Part shown: in pieces, positions 53,669-62,600 of the stretch
Position numbering within the stretch: position 1 is the stretch's first letter
Layout: each line of letters begins with the position of its first letter
DNA from: a virus
Strand: one strand, 5' to 3'
Length of the DNA: 64,000 nt
Virus record (IMG/VR): IMGVR_UViG_3300023178_000019
Location: 1 to 64,000 of that record
Program-made: the position numbers and the translations under genes
Notes under the pieces: model-generated
What the model was told of the DNA's origin: nothing
Database searches by the model: none
What the model saw: only the letters and a program-made list of their open reading frames with translations

Positions 53669-56600
53669 TTATCTGCTTAAGAAGTATCCAAGTGCTACTG
53701 GAGCTCCATCAATACCACCTGTAAAATTCATTTTTGCTTTAATATTTAGCTGTCCGCCACTTGTAGTTGTTATTTCATCATTTGCAATGAATACAACACC
53801 TGCTGTAAGTGTGTTAACGTTCAAGCTACTCTGACCGCCACCAATCTGTGCTGTAATGTAGCTCTTAATTGCACGTTGCGTTGGAACAATACTATCACTA
53901 TTTTCAGTAAAGAATGGATCTGTACTGAACTGTGTAATAATTGCTGATCCAATACCAACAGCAATACCACCAAGTTGCAATGACTGCAAGCCTGCTAAGT
54001 TAAACGCATCAGCATCCAACGTCGCAGTACCTGTTGACTGTTGAACTCCAAACAGTCCGCCAACGTTAAAGTTACCATCTTGGTCAGTACTTGTAAAGAA
54101 CACTCGACCACCGCCACTACTTAATTGTTGTCTATTAATATCTGCTGTAGTAATATCAACAAATGGATAGTTCGTTTTAGCTTGGTTTCCTGTACCAATA
54201 TACAAGAAGTCATGTCCAGTTAGTCGTACTTGTGAGTATTTGTTAGTTGTAACAACTCTTGTACCATCTTTTGGTGCATTTAATGTTACTAGTCCTGGAC
54301 TAATTTGGAAAGTTGCTGTATAACTTCCAGGTTGTCCTATAACATTACTAATTGTAACTAGTTTGTAATATGATCCAGGAATATTATCAAACTCAACATT
54401 TGATCCAGGTTCTGGTAATTCAAACAAGCCTCTTAGTGCAATAAATGTGCTTGGTTGATACAAGTCTGCGTTACCGTCGCCGCCTAGCTCTGCTGTTGCT
54501 GTTGTATAACCTGCACCTCTATTAGTAAATGTTGGGTTAGCTAACGCACCATTTCTAATTCTCGAATTAACAGCTACATCGATAGTTGCGTTCGGATCGC
54601 CAATTGTTGCTTTTGGACTTCCTGCAAATGTTGCTGTACCTATAGCAGTTGGTGCTACAGTTTCAATATCAAAACTTGCTCCTCCATCAAGTAAGCTAAT
54701 TTCTATATCTGTTCCAGCTATTGCCGAAATGTAGTACTTGACTTCGGAATCAATACCAATTGCTGCTAAACCGTCTCCGTCAAAGTTGATAGGTTGTCCT
54801 ACAAACAAGTTAGACACTGTGTTTAGTTCAATTGTGTTTGGTGCAGTTGTACTTACAATAGAACCTTGTGTAAATCCTGAACCCGGTTCTCTTAATGTAA
54901 ATGCTACAATAGAATCTGTATCTACATAAGTTCTACCATTTGGTCTAGCACCAGTTTCAATCCACTTTGCACCATTGCTGCCGCTACTAGTAACAGCAGC
55001 CCAGATTGGAACATTACTTGGATTACCAAATGCTACCGCTGCAAACCCAGCAGTATCACCTGTAGTTCTATCTGTCCAAATAACACCGTCTTGTGAAGTT
55101 GCAAAAGTACCTCCAATTGGTCCTGATGCTAAAAATAGTCCTTGACCATATTGTACATCACTCCATCCTGATGAACTAATATTAGCAAGTGATGTTGATC
55201 CTGCTGACCAGTTTTGACCAAAGTCATAACTTATAGCCTGTTCACCTGCTGAACCAATTGCAACAAAACGTCCATTACCGTATGCAACCTTCATCCAATT
55301 AGTTGAAGAACCAGGTAATGCGCCACCTACAGTCCAAGTAATACCGTTTGAGCTATAAGACGTATATCCGTTATCGTTAATAGCAACAAATGTTGTACCA
55401 CCATATGCTACACTTACAAAAGTACCTGCAGGTGGTGTAGTATTATCACGTGATACCCAGTTTTCGCCGTCTGTTGATGTTCCTGCTGATCCTGATCCGC
55501 CTGTACCACCAACTACAACCCATACACCGTTACCAAATGCAATATCATTAAAGTTTGAATTTGGTAGTGCTGAACCTGCTGCCCAAACAGCGCCAGGAGC
55601 ATCTGTTTGTGTTAAGTATGCATTATTAGTTGATCCAGGAGCAATAGCAACCCATCTAGCATCTTCATCAGTAATTGTTACTGTTGGTTGTGAAGTATAA
55701 CCGGAACCTCTAAGTAAAATACCATCATTATCTTCGTCAATAGTAATAGTTGCTACACCTCTGTTATCAAGTGTTGCAGTTACTTCAGCTTGTACTGAAG
55801 CTCCTCCGCCTGTGATAGTTACAGTTGGAGCAGTTAAGTAGTTATTACCTTTTGTGTCAACAATAATTTCAGTAACCTTGTCTGTTTCAGCAGTTACTGT
55901 CGGTGCTTGTGAATAACCTGCACCAGTACTTGTAATGATAATCTCTTGGATAATACCGTCTTTAACTGTTGCAACAGCACTTGCGCCGCCGCCACCTGCT
56001 GTTGGCGTAAACACAATAGTCGGAGCAGTTACAAAACCAGTGCCGCCATTAATTACATTTACTCTTGCAATCTGTGTCGGACCTGGTAAACCAATACTAT
56101 TAATTTCACCTAGCTCTGCTTCAAGTATTGCACCTGAACCACCTAGTCCGCCGATAACTGCTGTTGCTGTTGCTCCTGTGCCGCCGCCAAATGCGCTTGC
56201 ACTCCAGTTACCTGTTGCTGGTAATACACCAGCTTGTACCCAAGTTTTACCATCTAATGAGTAATCAGTTTGTGTACCATTATTTGGTAATGCTATATAT
56301 CTACCCATTGCAAAATCAACTCTATCAAAACCAATAGCGTCTGCTGTAGTAGTATTATTTGCAGTAAATCCTGGCTCTGTATAATGTACTGACGGTTCAA
56401 TAGTATAACCAGTTGTTAAGTCTAGCCCTGCTACTGCTGCTTTACCTGGAATAACATTATCCCAACCAGCTGTATACATTGCAACACTTTGACCTGTTGT
56501 AGTTATTAGTGTTGCTGCTGCTCCTCCAACGGAATCACTTAGCTGAATAGTGCCGTCTAAGTTATTTGTAATAACGTAGTAAACATTGCTAGGTGAATTA

Positions 56601-59600
56601 CCTTCATCTAAACCGCCTACACTTGCATTTAAGTAAACTGGATCATCTACGCTAAGATGCTCATAGTTTCCAGTTATAGTAACAATGTTTGTCGTTGCAG
56701 TTGTAGCAGTAATTGTAAATGGCTCAATGCTTGGTTTATAAACAGTTGCATTTTTAGTACCATTATTAAATCGTAATATCTTAGCATACTGTCCTACACC
56801 TGAACCTGCTGTAATTTGTACATTCATTCCTGAATATGCATTACTTAGAGCAAAGTCAGTAGCAGCTAGTGTGATATATGTTGGATCGCCGCCTTGCGCA
56901 ACGTTTTGAGCAGTTACATAATCCTCACCGCCGATACCGTTGCCATCGTTTAAATCGATGATACGTGTTTCAACAACAGCACTATCTCTAAATTCATCAT
57001 CGTCTGCTGCTGCATTAAATCCTGTACCACTGATTGCAAATTCTGCATTGGTGTAATCTCTACCAGCGTTGCTGAACTCAAATCCTAGAACTTCTTCTTC
57101 TCCGTCTGTTGCTACACTATATATTGTTGCTTCTTGTGATAAGTTATCAACTATTGCTGTAATTGGTTCTTCACCTGTGTCAGTACCTTCAGCAATAACA
57201 CCATATGTACCATAAGATGAGTTACCATTTGTAGCACGAATACGTCCGCCAAAGTCTGCTAAGTAACCTGAATAGTTATAGTATGCGAACACAGAAACAA
57301 GTTCTGTTAATGAGTTGTTACCGCTACACCATACGCCAATACCATCACTTAGTACTTGTGTAAAGTCGTTTGAAACAATAGATCTGTTACCGCCTGCGTG
57401 TAACGCACCGTCAATTTTACAACCAACACAACCAACACCAAATGTTGTTACGTTTTGTACATAACAAGATTTGTTAGTTACCCATGCTTCGGTATCATTT
57501 GGACCAAACCCTGGATCAAGTGATACATAAGAGCCTGCTGTTGGACGTCTTGTTCCAAAGTCATTAAGTTCTGTTAAGTTTCCACGTAGTCCATTAACTG
57601 TTTGGTTACGTACACCAGTTGCGTTTCTTACATGATACATATCTGATTTTTCAGAACCATTAACCGCATTTAAGTATAGCTCACCTGCTTTCCAAACTTT
57701 GTGATTTCCTGGATATTGTAAATCGTATACAATAGCATCAATATAACGCTCCATGTCTCTACGGCATAGAGCAGGATCATATGCATATCTAGCAACACTA
57801 GATCCAGAAGCTACATCAAGTACTAGAGGTTCGCCGCCTCTGGTATCAGAAATTTCAACACCTGTTGTATCTACAATAGATGAAACATAATAAGTTTGTC
57901 CTGCTACTAGTTCGCCAAATGCATTTTCGTCAAACACAATAGGATCGTTAACTATTAAGTTGTGGGCACTAGTGAATCTAATAGTTCCTGGAGAACCTTC
58001 AATGTCAGTTACAGTTCCACCATAACTTTGTGTGATCCAAGCTGTTGCCTCGTTTGCTAAGAAGTTTCTATTTGCTTTAAGTATATCAACAGCATTGATT
58101 GTTTCTGTATCACCGAAGTACGTAATAGTTCCATGAATTTCTGGAGTGTTTCCGTTACCTTTGTCTAGCATATTAATAATAATATCCATTAACGAATTAG
58201 TACGCTTTTTAGCTAATGCACTACCGTCAATGTATGTAGCAATTACATTTTTTAGTTCTCTATAAGATTGTACAGTAGCATTCTTTTGCGCTCCTAAAAC
58301 TAAGTCTGCTTGTGTACCTCTATAGTATGCCTGTGCAACAATTTGTGTTAAGTAGTTGGTGTTATTCATCATATCTCTACCAACTGCTTCTACAATATAA
58401 CCTACATCTCTTTCACACTTAGCTACATCATAGTCAAGTGTTGGATACTTATCTGCAATAAATGATGTAATAGCTGCCTTAATTGAAGATAAAGAACCAG
58501 TTAAGTTTGTGAACTGCTGTTGTAATGTTCCAGAAACACCAGTAATGCTACCTGTTTGATAAATGTATGCAGTAGCAATTATATCGTTTTGATCATCTGC
58601 TTCATAAGTAGGTCCATTAAAGTATCCTGACAAAGTAAACGTTGTTGGATTAACAATGGACTTAACATAGTATGTTTCAAAGTCTTGGAACTCGTCTAAG
58701 AATTGGACAATGTCGCCTACACGTAAGTTGTGATTAACGTCACAAATAAACCCATTACTAGATATGCCAGTTACTGTAACACGAGGTCTTAATTGTTGAT
58801 CGTTTATGCTATCATAAACTATTGTCATTAATTCTTCAACTTTAGCTAAAGATCCGGCATCACCTACTGGCTGAAGTGAATCTCTTATTACTGGTTCAAC
58901 ATATCCTTGTAATGGTCCTGGACTTACGGCACTGTTTACTGCTAATCCAGTAACAATTTGTTTTGCATAATCATATGCAGCAAGTGTAGCAGTTTTCTCA
59001 TCTTCGCTAATAACTAATTCATTATCACCGTTAATGTCTTTCTGATAGTAAAATTCTGCAAATTTTACTGATGCATAATTACTGTTATAAGTTAAATCAT
59101 ATCTTAATGCATCAACTAACATTCCAACATCTCGTTCACACTTGGTTTGATTATATGTTAGTGATGGATACTCTTGATTTAAAAACTCAATTACTTCAGC
59201 TGTTACATATGCTTTATTTTCCCAAATAATGCTTGCTGCTGCAACATCTGCTGTGTCAGCATCACTAGGTTCAACCCATTTAGCAACTGGAATTTTGCCG
59301 CCGTTAATGTAATTTGTTAAGTCTTCAATTAATAAGTTTACTGAAGCGTTTGCTGATACTGTTGCAACACGTCTTACTTTTTGTGCCATAAACTCCATGC
59401 TACCAACAGTTGCATATAGTTCATTATTAACAACTTCTAAAGCAGATGCAATAAGTCTATAATAACTCATTCCAGCTTTTGTAGTTGCAAAGTTTGATCC
59501 GGTATATAAATCTCTAGCAAGTGCATCAACAATTAACCCTGCATCACGTCTGCAAGTATCTTGATTGTATTCTAGTTCTTGATGGAATTTTTCTACCCAA

Positions 59601-62600
59601 AACACAACATCTTCAACAATTTCATTTTTACGATTTAAAATTCTATTATACGCTGTTGTTGTTTCAATTTGCTGCCAACTATTTGCAATTTCGATAGCAG
59701 TGTTTGCTTCGCCGTTGTTAATATAGTCAAGTACATCTTGTACTCTATCTTCAGCAAATTCAATTGATGCTGCGTTACCCGGAGTACCGCTTGTATCTTG
59801 TACTTCTGTTACACCTGGGCTAGTAGTTACAGTAGTTTCTGCAATGACTTCTGCAACAACAACTTTTAATCTTGCATACGCTGCAAGAGTTGCTGGAAGT
59901 TCGTTTGCACTAATTGTTAGTACAAAGTTTGAATAGTATGCGCTACCTGCAATCTCTGACTGTGTATTACCGCCATATGTTAAATCATAACGTACTGCAT
60001 CAAGTATATAACCTACATCACGGATGCAACGATCTTGTCCGTCAGCACTAATAGATCCCCATATAACATCGTAACCGTTATTAGAATCTTCTAACCAATG
60101 ACGTATTTCATCTTGGATAAATGCATGGTTAGCAACAATTTGCGCTGCTGCATCACCGTATGTTGTAGTAACACCAGTTGTGTTTGATGCTGTAGCATAA
60201 GCAGTATCACTAAAGTCTACTGTATTGTAACCCGGTGCTGTTGGAAATACAGTTGGCGGTAATGCTGCTAAACCGTTTTGAACAATGGTGTTCATATCTT
60301 TAATTAGTTTGTATGCACGATCGCCATCTTTTCTAGTTCCAGGTTCGGATATAACTCCGATAGTAAGTTCTGTTATTGCTGAATTTAAGAATCTAACAGT
60401 TGATAGTGTTTCTTGTAGTTGACTATTTAGAACTAGTTCTGTTGATACTGTACCTCTACGATATGCTATAGCATTTTGTACTGACAAGTAATTACTATCA
60501 AAAATTACGTCATAACCAATACCGTCGATCATATAACCAACATCTCTTTTGCAAAGATCTTTGTTATATGTTAAAGTAGGATACACAAAATCAATATAAT
60601 CAACTAATGCATCTTGTATAACCGGAGTTCTTTCTGTTAACACATTTTTTAATTTTTCTAAAGCATTGTCAGTCCAAGCAGTTGAAGGCTTAATTAATGC
60701 TGGAGCTAATGCAGTGTCAGCAGTATTATAAATTTCTTGTGTTCTGTCTTGAGCAAATGTACCTGCACCAAGTGAACCTGCTGTTCCATTAGTATCCTGT
60801 GTATCGGCATTACTTGTAGATTTTGTAATTGCATTACCTTGTGCAATATCTGAAATAATATCTATAAGTCTTTGCTGTGCATCAAGTGTTTCGGTTTTTT
60901 GACTTGCACCTCTTACAAATGCGCCGTCTAAATCATAAAATAATCTAGATTGAATAATAGTTGCTAAGTTACCTCTATATGTTAAATCATATTTTACTGC
61001 TTCAATCTGTTCATCTAAATCTTCTAACCACTGTGCTTTTGAATCTGAGTCTAAACCTACCCAGAATGCACCATGGTTATCTGTCATATATGCATCTATT
61101 TCAGAAATGATAAAGTCTTTGTTAGCAGTAATAAGTCTACGTGCATTAAAGAATCCTGTATCATAGTTTGTTGGATCAGTGTATGTATAACTAGTTGGAA
61201 TTGAACCTGATCCGTTTTCTAAAATATCTATAATTAAGTTTGTACTTTCATCTACTTTTGCTGTTCTAGTTGAGTAATACTTAATTCTATCTCTCGTATA
61301 TTCAATTGTTCCTAGTGTTGGTTCTAGTTGACTATCAATTACAAGTTCTGCAGAACTAATTGCTCTACGATAAGACATGCCTGCTTTTAGTGAACGGAAT
61401 GTACTTCCAAATAAAACATCATATTCTAAAGCGTCTACAATATAGCCAATGTCTCTTTCACACTTAGCTTGATCATAATCTAGATCCGGATAATTTTCAT
61501 TAACCCAGTTAGTTGCACCTGTTTGAATACTAGATTTTACATTAGTAAAATCTGTAACTATAGATTGTACAACAGTATCAGTCCAGCTAGTATCTGGAAG
61601 TATCGGTGTTGGTAATGTACCGTCTGTGTCAATAGTATCATAAATTTCTTGAATACGTGCATCTGCAAATGTTTCTGCACCTGCACTACCTGCTGTTCCT
61701 GAAGTGTCTTGAGTTTCAGTATTTCCTGCTGTCGGAGTAATTGTTGTTTCAGTAATTACATCTCCGATAATTGATTTTAAATGTGCGTATGTAGCAAGCG
61801 TTTCTGCTTTTTTACCAGTACCGTAAACTGGGTTACCATTTACAAAATAACTTCTTGCTGCTACTGTAGTTTCTAAATTACCGCCATAAGTTAAATCGTA
61901 ACGTAGTGCATCGATAATATATTTTGTGTCTCTTTCACAGTTTGCAGTATCAAATGTAAATAATGCATCAAATGGTGCAATAGTATTATCAACTTGGAAT
62001 TGAATCCAGGCTGTTTGTTCTGCTACTATGAAATCTCTGTTTGCTTCAAGTTGTGCAACAGCGTTTGCAAATCCCGCATCGCTTGCGTTGTTTGTACCGC
62101 TTGTAGGTGTTGGACCAACTTCTGGTAAGTCTGGTACAACTTGTAACCCATTTGCAAGTACATCAGTTATAACTTCAACGCCATTGTTTAGTCTGTTTGT
62201 TGAAGCTGTGTTTCCAGCATATCCGTTTACATACTGCTGATCTACGTTATTTCCAGTAGTCTTAGCAATCTCAACATTTTGTAAAATGTCATCAGCTACG
62301 TCTTTAATTCTGTTTAATGCACTAGTTGTTTTGTTTACATCATTTGCTAATTCTGGTATTGCTGTTTGAGGTTGTACAACACTTGTACGTAGTTCGTCTC
62401 CTACTACCGCAGTATATTCCGGAAGAATCATTGGAAGTACTTCGTTGTATGTACCTGTTTTAATAAACACTGTAGTATTTGGAAGAATAGGTAATGCAAT
62501 AGCAGTGTTAGAACCTGCAACAATACCGTTTACAACAATGTCTAATAATTCATTTGCTTTTGCTGCGCCAACTTCTTCAGCAGTTAAATTAAAGTCGATA

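Noticed and set aside
51341-56264. Several 60-160 aa plus-strand ORFs opposite fibre genes (also 5029, 25566, 32459, 39364)
   Set aside because: Expected stop-poor antisense frames of biased coding sequence; no recognisable motifs
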